A stretch of 64,000 nt of DNA from Candidatus Multivorans sp. (GCA_965247095.1 OZ251997.1:4384001-4448000), one strand, 5' to 3'. Shown: positions 9,296 to 19,900, counted from the first letter of the stretch. Notes: a model not told the origin generated them from the sequence alone. Numbers and translations are program-made.

Positions 9296-11238
9296 GGTTC
9301 GCGCACCGGTTCGTTGTTCTGGTAGGAGCGGAGACGGAACTCCTGGCCCGGAGTCGGCGAGCCGCCGCGATTCCTGACCTCCTCGAGCACTTGCCTCTGC
9401 AGGGCCGCGGCGCGCTCGAAATCGCCGACTTCGGCGAGCGCCATCGCGAGCGTCTCGCCGTGCTCCAGCGTCGGCCGCTCCGACATCAGGCGCTGGGCGA
9501 TGGCCAGCGCCTCGCGGCCGTTGCGAACGCTCGGGTCGGAACTCGCTGCCAGCAGCCGCGCCAGCAGGGTGTCCAGGTGGTCCATCGCGCCGGCAGCCCG
9601 ATCCTCGGTGCTCAGCAGCGCCTGGCGACCGCTGGCCAGGGCCCCGCGGGCCGACGCGTAGCGCTTGCCGAGAATGAGGGCCATGGCGCGGGCGCCGTGC
9701 CAGGCCCCGTTCGCTGGATCGCGGGTCAGCGCTCGAGCGAAGTGGCCGGCGGCTTCCGGGTAGCGCTCCTGTTGCGCCAAGAGGCGTCCGAGCAGGGCGT
9801 GGGCCTCAGCGAAGTCGGGATCGAGCTCAACTGCCTCTTGGAGGTGGAAGGCGGGGTTGCCGGTGTCCTCGTGGGCCGGCTCTTCGTTGGGCAGCGCGCC
9901 GCCTCTTTCCGCCTCGGCGAGAACCGCCAGACGGTAGTGGGCTTCGGCGCGTTCCCGCGGTGCGCCCGGGGCGGCCTCGAGCACATCGAACAGGGCGGTC
10001 CGGGCCGCCTCCGGATCCCCCGCGGCCTGGTGTGCGGCGCCCAGGGCCAACTGGGCTATCGGCATCGCCGCGTCCTTTTCCAGCACGTCACCCAGCAGCG
10101 CGATCGCCTCCGGCGCCCCGCCAAGTCGAGTCAGTACTTCGGCGTGACGGACCCGCGCCTCGAGGTCGTCGGGATCGATCTCGACCGCCCGCCGGAGGTG
10201 GCGTTCGGCACCCTCCAGGTCGCCCCGCTCGGCCAGGATGAGCGCAAGGTTGTAGTGCGGTTCGCGGTAGCTGTCGTCTATGTCGACCGCGCGGCGCATG
10301 TGCACTTCGGCGCCTGCCTTGTCGCCGAGTTCGATCAGCGCCATGCCGACGTTGAACAACGTGACGGGGTCGTCGGGGAGGGCCTCCAGTGCGGCTTCAA
10401 AGGCGCTTAGCGCGGCCTGAGCGTCGCCTCGGCGCATCGCGTCGGTGCCGCGCTTGAAGTGCGCCTCGCGACTGGCGTTCAGCCGCTGCAGGGCCGCGAA
10501 CAGCGGGTCGGGAAAGCCGACGCGAATGTGCTGATTCCGTTCCAGGTGGAGCGCCGCCTCCTCGCGCCGGCCCAGCCGTCGGAGCGCCAACCCGATGTGG
10601 TGGTGAATGGCGGACCCGTCGGGTTGTCCCCTGAGCGCGGTCTCGAAGCGTTCGGCCGCGCGCTCGAACTCTCCGCGTTCGTAGTCGATCCGGCCGAGGC
10701 CGAAGCGGGCGGCGGAGTACTGCTGATCGAGTTCCAGGATTCGCACATAGTCGCGCTCGGCGTCGTCGACGCGGCCGAGTTCGAGCAGGGCGTCGCCGCG
10801 GCGGGTTCGTGCCGCGAGGTCGCGGGGCGCCAGTGCAAGAACCCGGTCGAGTGCAGCGACCGTACTTTCGATGTTGCCTTCGAACGTCTCGTGAACGGCC
10901 AGAAAGTAGGGCCAGCGTGGATCGGCGGGAGCGAGCGTTTCGGCGTTGCGGAGAGCGGCGGCGGCGGGCCCCATGAAGTCGTACAGGAGGTAGAGCTGAC
11001 CGAGATGGCCGAAGGCGGCTGCCAACTCGGCGTCGTCGGACTCGGGCGCTTCGAGCAGGCTGTCGACGCGGGTTCGCGCTGCCGTCAGTTGAGCCTGCAC
11101 GGACTGCTCGTAGTGGTCGATCCGTGGCTGATCGAGGGACTCGAGGGCGGGCTGCGCGAGGGCCTGCAGAGGGTTCAGAGTCAAGAGCGCGACGAGCGTG
11201 GCCAGCGTGGCCGCCCCTGTTGACGGTACGGGGTTCAC
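9280..11238 (-). CDS. Secreted multi-TPR protein
   Basis: GTG at 11238 overlaps the upstream TGA (GTGA). Signal peptide, then TPRs, with a C-terminal RLLAASSDPSVRNGREAL motif. Confidence 0.8.
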   Translation of the reverse strand: MNPVPSTGAATLATLVALLTLNPLQALAQPALESLDQPRIDHYEQSVQAQLTAARTRVDSLLEAPESDDAELAAAFGHLGQLYLLYDFMGPAAAALRNAETLAPADPRWPYFLAVHETFEGNIESTVAALDRVLALAPRDLAARTRRGDALLELGRVDDAERDYVRILELDQQYSAARFGLGRIDYERGEFERAAERFETALRGQPDGSAIHHHIGLALRRLGRREEAALHLERNQHIRVGFPDPLFAALQRLNASREAHFKRGTDAMRRGDAQAALSAFEAALEALPDDPVTLFNVGMALIELGDKAGAEVHMRRAVDIDDSYREPHYNLALILAERGDLEGAERHLRRAVEIDPDDLEARVRHAEVLTRLGGAPEAIALLGDVLEKDAAMPIAQLALGAAHQAAGDPEAARTALFDVLEAAPGAPRERAEAHYRLAVLAEAERGGALPNEEPAHEDTGNPAFHLQEAVELDPDFAEAHALLGRLLAQQERYPEAAGHFARALTRDPANGAWHGARAMALILGKRYASARGALASGRQALLSTEDRAAGAMDHLDTLLARLLAASSDPSVRNGREALAIAQRLMSERPTLEHGETLAMALAEVGDFERAAALQRQVLEEVRNRGGSPTPGQEFRLRSYQNNEPVREPWFSP

Positions 11239-13019
11239 CGCGATGCACCTGTTGCCGCGGCGTCGGGCTCGCCGAGGCCGCGGACCAGGGTGAAGTACCG
11301 GCCCAGGCCGCCGGGAGTGAAGACCTCGCGACCACCGCCGGGCCAGGAGACGACGACGGTCGGGGCTGCGCCGGCAGCGACGAAGGCGATGCGGGGATCG
11401 TTGGACGCCGCATAGGAACCGTCGGTGTGGAAGCGTCGCCAACGGCGTACGGTGTCATTCCCGGCGTCGCGTACGCCGACCCAGGCGCCGAGAGCGCGGC
11501 GTCCGGGTGTGCTCTCGTCTTTGCCCGCGAGTCGCAGATCGACTCCGGCCCAGGCTTGCGACGCCGGCCGGAGTTGGTTGACGAGAACGCGCGCCGGGCC
11601 GTTGTTGGTCGCGACCACGAGATCCGGGTCGCCGTCGTTGTCCAGATCACCCGCGGCCAGCCCCCGGCTCACTTCGGAGACGATGGGGCTCTCGAAGTCC
11701 AGGATCTCCTCGAAGCGGCCGTTGCCGAGCCCGCGGAACAGTTGATCCGTCTGCCGCAGCGGCAGCGATTCACCCGCCCGGAATTGCTCCTCGATCCGCT
11801 TGACGGCGCCGTTGGCAACGTAGATGTCGAGTTCGCCGTCCAGGTCGTAGTCGAGCGCCGCAGTGCCGAAGCCGGTGTAGGAGAAGCTGGGGCGTCCCAG
11901 ACCGCTGGCGCGTGTGACGTCGTCCCAGATGCCGTCGCCAAGGTTCAGATAGAGCGTGTTTGTTTCCCGGCGGAGATGGGTCATGAAGAGGTCGACCAGG
12001 CCGTCGCCGTTGAAGTCCTCCGCCAGCACGCCCATGCTCGCCTGCGGTTGGCCCGACGCGCTGACGGACGTACCGGCCATGACCGCGTCGTCGACGAAGG
12101 TGGCGCCATCGCGATTGAGCAGCAGGGCGTTGGCCTCCTGGTCGTTGGCGACGTAGATGTCGATCAGGCCGTCGCCGTCGAAGTCGGATGCGATCGTTCC
12201 CAGGGTTGGCCGGGCGAGGTCGGCCAGACCGAGGCGTGCGGTCCAGTCCTCGAACACGCCGCTGCCGCGATTCCTCAGCACGCGGTTCGCCTCGGCCCGA
12301 TAGGCCTTCGGCCCGCAGTAGTCCAGCACGCCCTCGGCTGAGGCGCACTGCTTGTGGATGGCGACCCGGAACTCGACGTAGTTACCCACGAAGAGGTCGA
12401 GGAGACCGTCGGCGTCGAAGTCGAAGAAACTGGCAGCGGCGCTCCAACGCGGATCGGCGGTGCTGCCTTGGGTGATGTTGGTGAACCGAGCCGCGCCAGG
12501 CCCCGATTCGTTGCGCCAGAGCTCGTTCGGCCCCAGGTTCAGAATGTAGAGGTCGGGGTCGCCGTCGTTGTCGATGTCGCCGGCGGTGACGCCCATGGCG
12601 TAGCCACGGGCGTCGAGCCCGCTTTCGGCGGTGATGTCCGTGAAGCGGAGACCGTCGCTGTCCAGGTCGTTGCGATACAGGCGGTCGCGCAGGATTGAGT
12701 CGCTGGCGTTTCCGGATGCGGGCGAGACGCCCGCGTTCCCAGGCGGCGCCAGCGGGTGCCCCTGGCCGAGGTAGAGGTCGAGGTCGCCGTCGCCGTCGAT
12801 GTCGAGCAGCGCGACGGCGCCCCCCATGTGCTCGGCAAAGTAGAGCTTGTCCGTCATTCCGTTCGCGTGTGTGAAATCAACGCCGAGGTCGGCGGCGCGG
12901 TCGACGAAGACCGGCTTCGGATCCTCGGCAGCGAGAGGCTCAGCTATCGCGGCCGCGGCCAGGGCCAGGGCTAGGGCGACCGCTGGTGACGGGCAGTTCC
13001 CGGACACGATGGACGGCAT
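11235..13019 (-). CDS. CRTAC1-family FG-GAP repeat / ASPIC-UnbV protein
   Basis: DIDGDGDLDL repeats, YCGP, QASMG and GSYAASND. Carries an in-frame REP-like insert at 12712-12743. Confidence 0.9.
   Translation of the reverse strand: MPSIVSGNCPSPAVALALALAAAAIAEPLAAEDPKPVFVDRAADLGVDFTHANGMTDKLYFAEHMGGAVALLDIDGDGDLDLYLGQGHPLAPPGNAGVSPASGNASDSILRDRLYRNDLDSDGLRFTDITAESGLDARGYAMGVTAGDIDNDGDPDLYILNLGPNELWRNESGPGAARFTNITQGSTADPRWSAAASFFDFDADGLLDLFVGNYVEFRVAIHKQCASAEGVLDYCGPKAYRAEANRVLRNRGSGVFEDWTARLGLADLARPTLGTIASDFDGDGLIDIYVANDQEANALLLNRDGATFVDDAVMAGTSVSASGQPQASMGVLAEDFNGDGLVDLFMTHLRRETNTLYLNLGDGIWDDVTRASGLGRPSFSYTGFGTAALDYDLDGELDIYVANGAVKRIEEQFRAGESLPLRQTDQLFRGLGNGRFEEILDFESPIVSEVSRGLAAGDLDNDGDPDLVVATNNGPARVLVNQLRPASQAWAGVDLRLAGKDESTPGRRALGAWVGVRDAGNDTVRRWRRFHTDGSYAASNDPRIAFVAAGAAPTVVVSWPGGGREVFTPGGLGRYFTLVRGLGEPDAAATGASR
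12712..12743 (-). repeat. REP-like family A hairpin, inside a CDS
   Basis: CCTGGGAACGCGGGCGTCTCGCCCGCATCCGG on the minus strand, read as PGNAGVSPASG. Confidence 0.85.
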
Positions 13020-14572
13020 CAGGCCAGCGGCACCGGCGCGGCGGTCAGCGGCGGGCCGACGCGTGCCGTTCGCCCGTAGCCCAGGTTGTGGAGCACGTCC
13101 TCGGTCGTATGCCCCGGCACGATGTCGCAGAGGAAGCCGCCGTTGTCGTCGTCGTCGATCAGGAGTTCGGTCGCTTCAGGGAGGACGCAGTGTTTGCTGC
13201 CGCGCACGCCGCCGAGCATCTCCTGGTAGGCGCCGACCGAGAAGAAGCCCACATGCAGCGGCGTCTCGCGTAGTTCGGAAGAGGTCAGGTCCGGGAGGAA
13301 GAGTGACACCGTGCTGCCGCGGGGTGGGTAGACGTCGTCGCGGTCGCAGGTGATGCCGCCCAGGCGCACACGGTGGAAGGGCCGGTCGAGGTGGTTGAGA
13401 GGCAGGCAGATGAAATGCTCGCCCAGGGCCCACGTGTCCGGGAAGGAGGTCATGATCGAGCCGTCGACCAGGTACCAGGGAAGCTCGGGGCTGTTCGGCT
13501 TGACCGAGATGACCCGGAACAGGTGGGCCGCGTGCTCGGACACGGTGTAGCGCCCGAACTCGCCGATCAGCGCCGGCGGCCTGGAGCCGTGGGCGGCGCA
13601 GCGTGCGGTCGCGGTCTCGAGCAGCCGGCGGGCGAAGAGGTCGTAGTCGAAGCTGCCGTCGAGTGTGGTCCTTCCGGGCACCCCGCCGCCGAAGTCGAAG
13701 AAGCGGAGTTCCCGGTGGTGGCGGCCGAGGCGAGCGTAGAGATCGAGCGCCGGTTCGAGAGCCGTGACGAACTCCTCCTCGTCGCTGCTTGCCGAACCGA
13801 ACATCGCGTGCAGGAGGACGAAGCGCGTTGCGGGCGTCCGGTCGATCTCGGTTGCGAGGCGCTCGGCCTCGGCGGCATCGACGCCGAAACGCGAGTCGCG
13901 ATCGGCCAGCCGCGTACCGTCGAGCCGGGCGGCGGCGCCGGCCCTTGGGCCCCGCAGCCTGAGGCGGACTCCGATCTCGAAGGTCAGGCCGCTGCCGGCG
14001 AAGGTTTGAAGCTCGGAGGCGTCCTCGAGGATGGGGATCGTGCCGCGGTGTTCGCTCCGGAGCGCGACCAGGTTCTGCGCGTAGTCGCTGCCCGGGCCCT
14101 TGAACCCGTTCGCGAGCACGAGCCGATCTTCGGGCAGTTGGCCGGATCGGATCATGCGCCGGGCGATCTCGACGTCGACGTTCGACGACATCTCGTGGTG
14201 AGCGCCGGCCGCCAGAGTCGAGCGGACGATCTCCTCGGCGGTGTTCGCCTTCGAGGCGAAGGCGAAGTGGAACGGGGCGGGGTAGCCGACCAGGTCGATC
14301 GCACGGTCGAAGCAGCGTTCCATCGCCGTCACCTGGGCGCGGATGTTGGGCAGGAAGGCGATCTCGAGCGGACTGGGCATGGGAGTCGAGGGCAGGCCGG
14401 ATGCCGGGACGCGTCCCGGCTCGAAGAAGGCAGCGAAGTCCAGCCCGTGCGCTCTCAGGCGGCCGCCCGCCGCTTCGAGGAAGTGGTTGAAGCGGTACCC
14501 GTCCGGAACCGGCGCCGGCGACTGCCAGCCGATCCTGCAAGGTACGGAAGGCGGCGCTTGACTGGAATCCAT
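13019..14572 (-). CDS. PLP-dependent arginine decarboxylase-like protein (Orn/DAP/Arg decarboxylase family)
   Basis: FASKAN (PLP Lys), SRFG, DFGGG, EFGRY, GITCDRDD and GAYQEMLGG...HC motifs. Confidence 0.75.
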   Translation of the reverse strand: MDSSQAPPSVPCRIGWQSPAPVPDGYRFNHFLEAAGGRLRAHGLDFAAFFEPGRVPASGLPSTPMPSPLEIAFLPNIRAQVTAMERCFDRAIDLVGYPAPFHFAFASKANTAEEIVRSTLAAGAHHEMSSNVDVEIARRMIRSGQLPEDRLVLANGFKGPGSDYAQNLVALRSEHRGTIPILEDASELQTFAGSGLTFEIGVRLRLRGPRAGAAARLDGTRLADRDSRFGVDAAEAERLATEIDRTPATRFVLLHAMFGSASSDEEEFVTALEPALDLYARLGRHHRELRFFDFGGGVPGRTTLDGSFDYDLFARRLLETATARCAAHGSRPPALIGEFGRYTVSEHAAHLFRVISVKPNSPELPWYLVDGSIMTSFPDTWALGEHFICLPLNHLDRPFHRVRLGGITCDRDDVYPPRGSTVSLFLPDLTSSELRETPLHVGFFSVGAYQEMLGGVRGSKHCVLPEATELLIDDDDNGGFLCDIVPGHTTEDVLHNLGYGRTARVGPPLTAAPVPLA

Positions 14573-14660
14573 GGCGGCACCCGTGTCGGGTTGTTCATTC
14601 TACCGGCGGGTTGGGTGGTTCCCGAACGGCCGTCTCAGCGGCATGAGGCCCGCAGCCGCT

Positions 14661-15092
14661 TCAGCGCAGCCGTTGGTCGAACCGGAACGTCCGAATCTCG
14701 CCGGGCTCTACCGCGCCGAACCTTCGGTGCAGCGGGTTGATCACGATGTTCCGCTCCAGCGGATTCACCACGCTGGGCACGGCGAAGGCGAGATGTTCCT
14801 TCAGTGCTGCCGCGCCGGCTTTCTGGCCGTTTCGAGCGCCTTCGCCAACGGGCAGTTCGACTACGTCGTCGTCCGGGATCGTCACGTCCAGGATCCCGAA
14901 GGTGGGGGAGTCCGAGATGTCCTCGATACGCGCCAGCATCTCGAGCATGGCCAGGGAGGACGTCTCACTGCAGTAGACGACGGGCATCCCAAGCGGGTTC
15001 CAACGGCCTCCGCTGAGGGCGGCGCCCATGCCGCTCAACATGGTGGGCGGGTCGGTTGCATGGGCGGTCTTGGCGACTCTCCAAACCCTCAT
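14661..15092 (-). CDS. RES-domain toxin (NAD+ phosphorylase family)
   Basis: GAALSGGRWN, VYCS...LAMLE, VPSVV..E.N..INP.H and FD.RL motifs. Lies downstream of an Xre antitoxin. Confidence 0.9.
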   Translation of the reverse strand: MRVWRVAKTAHATDPPTMLSGMGAALSGGRWNPLGMPVVYCSETSSLAMLEMLARIEDISDSPTFGILDVTIPDDDVVELPVGEGARNGQKAGAAALKEHLAFAVPSVVNPLERNIVINPLHRRFGAVEPGEIRTFRFDQRLR

Positions 15093-15100
15093 CGACGACG

Positions 15101-15502
15101 TCAGAGCGGGATGCCGTGCTCGATGCGGTGCAGGAGCACGACGACATCGTTGGCGCCGGTGACGGTATCGGCGCGTTCCAGGGGTGTTTCTCCGTCAAGC
15201 CCGATGTTGGGGCGCTTCATCCACCGCAGAGCCGCTTGGTGCTTGCCGTCGAAGAAATCCAGCGCCTTGTTGTACGCCTTGGCGACCGCGACGACCCGGT
15301 CGGCTTCGTGGCGTTTCAGTGCTCCGCTCTGCAGTCGGCGCAGCATGGTCTGGCGCGGGATGCCGACGATGCCCGCCAGTTCGATGTCCGATACTTCCAG
15401 CGCGGTCTTCAGTTCGCGCAGCAGGCCTGCGGAGCACGATCCCCCCCGAATCTCGTCGATGGCGGGGAGACTAAGCTCCTCACGAGTGTCTCGACTGTTC
15501 AT
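15101..15502 (-). CDS. Xre/MbcA/ParS-family antitoxin
   Basis: HTH-like ELAGIVGIPRQTMLRR, then ALRWMKRPNIGLDGETPLE...IEHG (MbcA/ParS C-terminal domain). Confidence 0.9.
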   Translation of the reverse strand: MNSRDTREELSLPAIDEIRGGSCSAGLLRELKTALEVSDIELAGIVGIPRQTMLRRLQSGALKRHEADRVVAVAKAYNKALDFFDGKHQAALRWMKRPNIGLDGETPLERADTVTGANDVVVLLHRIEHGIPL

Positions 15503-15523
15503 TCGGTGTCTCCGGCAAGTCCG

Positions 15524-15549
15524 ATCTGGTGCAATGGAAAGTACCAAAT
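15524..15549. promoter_or_regulatory. Possible Xre autoregulatory operator
   Basis: Imperfect inverted repeat ATCTGGTGC-N8-GTACCAAAT in an AT-richer stretch just upstream of the antitoxin. Confidence 0.3.
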
Positions 15550-15599
15550 GAGTAGTCGGCGCGCAAGGACTTTGGCGGCTCTCGCCGTATCCTTGGCGC

Positions 15600-16886
15600 G
15601 TGATCGAGGCATTCCGACAGCGTGCGGAGGAGATCTTCCTCGCGGGCGTGGCGGCGGCCGACCCGGTGGCGTCGACCGCTTCGGCGCTCGGCGCACTCGA
15701 TCTGCGCGTGGCGGCGGGTGGCCGCACAGCCGTGCTGGCGGTCGGAAAGGCCGCGTTCGGCATGGCGGAGGCGGCGGTGCAGGCCCTCGGGGACAGGGTC
15801 CGGCCGTCCGACGTGCTGCTCGTGACGCACGACGAGGCAGTGGGGCCGGCGGGGTTCGGGGCGCTCCGTTCGGGACACCCGCTGCCGGACGAGCGCGGTT
15901 TTGCCGCGGCAAGGGAGTTCGAGCGGCGCGCCGCGGCGCTCGGCGAGGAAGACCTGGCGCTGGTGCTGATCTCGGGCGGAGCTTCGGCTCTGCTGCCGGC
16001 GCCCGCACCGGGTATCGGGCTTGAAGAGAAGCTGGAGGTGACCCGTCAGTTGCTCCGCGGCGGCGCCACGATCCACGAACTGAACGCGGTGCGCAAGCAT
16101 CTTTCAACGACCAAGGGCGGTGGTCTGTTGCGCCAACTGCGGCCGGCGCGGGTGATCACACTCGCCCTCTCGGACGTGATCGACGACGACCCGTCGGTGA
16201 TCGGCAGCGGGCCGACGGCGCCCGATCCGAGCACCTTCGCGGATGCATACGGCGTGCTTGAGCGTTGCGGCGTGGCGCGGTCGTGCCCGGCGGCGGTTCG
16301 AACCCGGTTCGAGGCGGGAATCAGCGGCGACCTCGAAGAGACGCCCAAGCCCCGAGACCCCGTCTTCGACGGCGCGATCTACCGGATCGTCGGCGGCAAC
16401 CGGACCAGCGTCCGGGCGATGGCCGCGGCGAGCGGTTCGGCCGTCGAGATCGAACCGGCGCCCCTGGAGGGCGAAGCGCGCGAGGTCGGTGCGGCGCTCG
16501 CGAAACGCTTTGCCGCGTGTCCTCCGCCCGTCTACATCGCCGGCGGCGAGACGACGGTCACTGTCCGAGGCGGCGGCAGGGGCGGCCGCAACCAGGAGCT
16601 TGCGCTGGCCTTCGCCCTCGAGACAGCCAAGGGTTCGCTGGCCGACCGTGACGACTGGGTGTTCCTCGTCGCCGGCACCGATGGCCGCGACGGCCCCACT
16701 GACGCCGCCGGCGGCATCGTGGACGCCTCGACCGCGGCCCGCATCCAAAGGGCCGGCGTCGACCCGATCGCCGCGATCGACGACAACGACTCCTACCGTG
16801 CCCTCGATGCTGCCAACGCGTTGCTTCGCACCGGCGCGACGGGCACCAACGTCGCCGATGTGGTTGTGTTCTTGTCAGGTCTGTGA
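15600..16886 (+). CDS. Glycerate 2-kinase (MOFRL/DUF4147 family)
   Basis: GKAA, GHPLPD, LISGGASAL, LSDV, GGETTV, GGRNQE, GTDGRDG and TGTNVAD motifs. Confidence 0.92.
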   Translation: MIEAFRQRAEEIFLAGVAAADPVASTASALGALDLRVAAGGRTAVLAVGKAAFGMAEAAVQALGDRVRPSDVLLVTHDEAVGPAGFGALRSGHPLPDERGFAAAREFERRAAALGEEDLALVLISGGASALLPAPAPGIGLEEKLEVTRQLLRGGATIHELNAVRKHLSTTKGGGLLRQLRPARVITLALSDVIDDDPSVIGSGPTAPDPSTFADAYGVLERCGVARSCPAAVRTRFEAGISGDLEETPKPRDPVFDGAIYRIVGGNRTSVRAMAAASGSAVEIEPAPLEGEAREVGAALAKRFAACPPPVYIAGGETTVTVRGGGRGGRNQELALAFALETAKGSLADRDDWVFLVAGTDGRDGPTDAAGGIVDASTAARIQRAGVDPIAAIDDNDSYRALDAANALLRTGATGTNVADVVVFLSGL

Positions 16887-16929
16887 CATACGCTGGGTGC
16901 TTTGAGGGCACGTTCTGGAGGGCACTGAA

Positions 16930-19900
16930 GTGGAGAGTAGGAACGTGGCGGGCTGTGCCGGTTCGGATTCGAGAGGGCCTTTCGCCCCTCTCCTCTGGTT
17001 GGGGCTTGTCGGCTGTTCGTTGGCGATGTTCCTACCGGTGGCGCCCGCGGGCGGCATCGTCTACGTCGCGCCCGGTGACGACGTGATGGTGGACCGGACA
17101 CCGATCATCGTGTTCGGTGAAGTGCGGTCCGTGATGGCGGCCCCCGGGGCGTGGCGACCCTCCACGGACGCTTTCTTCGAGGTGGAGGAAGTGTTGAAGG
17201 GGAACGTCGCCGGCGGCACGATCGTTGTCCGGCAACCCGGGGGTGTCAGCGCGGACGGCGTGGTCTCGGGCATCTTCGGCCTGCCGATGATGGCGGCTGG
17301 CGACCGGATGCTGCTCTTCCTCGAGGAGATTCCGGATACCGGCGCCGTCGCCGCCTACCGCACGGTGGATTTGTCTCTGGGCATGTTCTTCGAGGTACGG
17401 TCGGCCGCGGGCAATCTGCTTGTGCGCGAGGCGGCGCTTCATGAGGCGGCGCCGGCGTCGAACGGTGAGGCGGATTCCGAGCCGGTGAGCCGGCAATTCC
17501 GGAGTAGCGATGACTTTCGCCGCTGGATCGGTGACCGCGTGGGCGGCGTGGAGCGAGAGGTGGACTACTTCACCGCGGCCGTTCCAGCCGACGGGCCGGT
17601 CTCCCGGATCTCGCCCTACCGGTTGATCAAGTCTCCCTCTGTATGCGACGCATCCAACCTGCCGCTTCGGTGGCAGCAGTTCGATCGTGGACGGAGCGTC
17701 GGGTTCACGATCCAGGCCGAAGGGCAGGTCGGTGTCCCGGGCAGAGGAATCGCCGAGGTAGCGCGCGCGATGCGTGCCTGGAACGACGATCCGGAGAGCC
17801 GCGTTCAGCTCGTGAATCTGGGCACCACGAACAAGAAGGCCGAGATCGCCCGAAGCGACGGTGTCAACTCGATCCTCTTCGAGGATCCGCACGACGAGAT
17901 TCGGGGCTACTTTCCCTCGACCTCAGGCATCCTGGCCATCACCCGTTACCGCTTCTTGTGCTCGGAGACGAACCGCCACAAGATCCCCGGCAACAGGTGG
18001 CAGGAGGCGTTGCCGCTCCTTGAGACCGACATCCTGACCCAGGACGGTTACGGCCAGGGCTGGGCGGCCCGGACCCTCAACGCCGGCAAGGTGCATGAGT
18101 ACGTGATGGCTCATGAGTTGGGCCATGCCATCGGCCTCGCTCATTCCTGCGCCCAGGGGTTTGCCGATACATGCAGCGCCCTGACCGCCGATTCCCTGAT
18201 GCAAGCGATCGCGAGCGGCAAGCGGATCTACCGCGGTGGCGCGCCCAACGCCGACGATCTGGCGGCCGTGCGCTTTCTCTACCCAGCGCATGGCGGACCT
18301 GCCAGTCCGTCCGATCTGACTGCCAAGACGGTCGATCAGCACAGCGTAGAACTTGCCTGGAAGGACAACTCGAACGACGAAACGGCGTTCGACATCTTCG
18401 AGCGTCCCATCAACGAGAAGGACTTCAAGCTGATCGCCAGTGTCGGGAGCAACACGACCTCCTTTGTCGTCGAAGGACTGCCGGCGGCGACCTATCGCTC
18501 CTACCGGGTGGCCTCCAGCAATGCCGGTGGACGGTCCTCGGCTACCAACGAAGCCAGCGCGGTGACGCTCGGCGAGGTGCGGGCATGCGCCGAGGATGAC
18601 CAGACTCTGTGCCTGAACGAAGGCAGGTTCCAGGTCACCGCGGAGTGGGCGACCGCGGGCGGCGGCGCCGGCGGGGGCGTCGCCGTGCCGCTGACCGCGG
18701 ACACCGGCGCCTTCTGGTTCTTCGATTCAGCCAACGTGGAGATGGTCGTCAAGGTGCTCGACGGCTGCGGTCTGAACGACCACTTCTGGGTGTTCGCCGG
18801 TGGCTTGACCGACACCCAGACCGGCGCGACGCGCACCTACGCCAACCGCCTCGGTAGCCCGTTTCGGCCCGTGAAGGACACCACCTCCTTCTCGTGTACT
18901 GCCACGGATGACCACGGCGATTCCCGTGCGGAGGCGACCGACATTCCGCTGGAAGACTCGTGGGCCGGCTTCCTGGGGGCCGGCGACACCGACTTCTTCA
19001 TCTTCCGGGTTCCCCGCGCCGGCAGGGTGCAACTCCGCACAACGGGTACGACCGATACCGAAGGTGTGCTGATGAACGCTGCCGGATCGGTCCTGGCCAG
19101 CGACTCGGACTCCGGCGCCGAGAAGAACTTCCGATTGACCGTCCCGGTGGGGCCGGGGACGTACTACGCACGCGTGACCGCCGCGGATGTCGAAACGACC
19201 GGCGTCTACACGTTGCACACGGGGTTCTCGGCCACGACCGTCATCTCCAGGCGGGACCGCGACGCGCTGATCGCGCTCTATCGGGCGACCGATGGCGACA
19301 ACTGGACCGACAAGGAGAACTGGCTGAGCAACCGCCCGCTCGACGAGTGGTACGGCGTGACCATCAGCTCGGGCGGCCGCGTGACCTGGGTCGACCTGAG
19401 CGAGAACGGGCTCAGAGGTGAGGTTCCGGCGGCGCTCGGCGATCTGGATCGACTCCGGGTGCTCGTACTGAGCGGGAACCAGTTGACTGGGGCCGATCCC
19501 CCGCGAGGTCGGCAATCTCCGCGACCTTGTGTGGCTGTTCGTGCAGTCGAACGAGTTGACAGGCGAGCTTCCGCGGGAGCTGGGCCGCCTCTCCAACCTG
19601 GTCTACCTGTACGTGTACTCGAACCGACTGACCGGCGAGATTCCAGCGGAGCTGGGGCGCCTCCCCAACCTGGCGTACCTGCGACTGGGCTTCAATGAAC
19701 TGACCGGCGGCATTCCCGGCTCGTTCCGCAACTTGAGCAGGCTGAACCTGCTGGGGGTGCGAGGCAATCGGTTGACCGGCGAGATCCCTTCCTGGCTGGG
19801 CGAACTGAGGGACATGAGGCGGCTCTGGCTCGGGGACAACGAGTTCTCTGGCGGCATTCCGCCGGCGCTCGGCAATCTGACCGACCTGGTGGCGCTGCGT

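Noticed and set aside
5886-13019. Recurrent GTCGCCGTCG/GACGGCGAC-type DNA repeats
   Set aside because: These encode the DxDGDG FG-GAP motifs; they are not a DNA repeat array or CRISPR.
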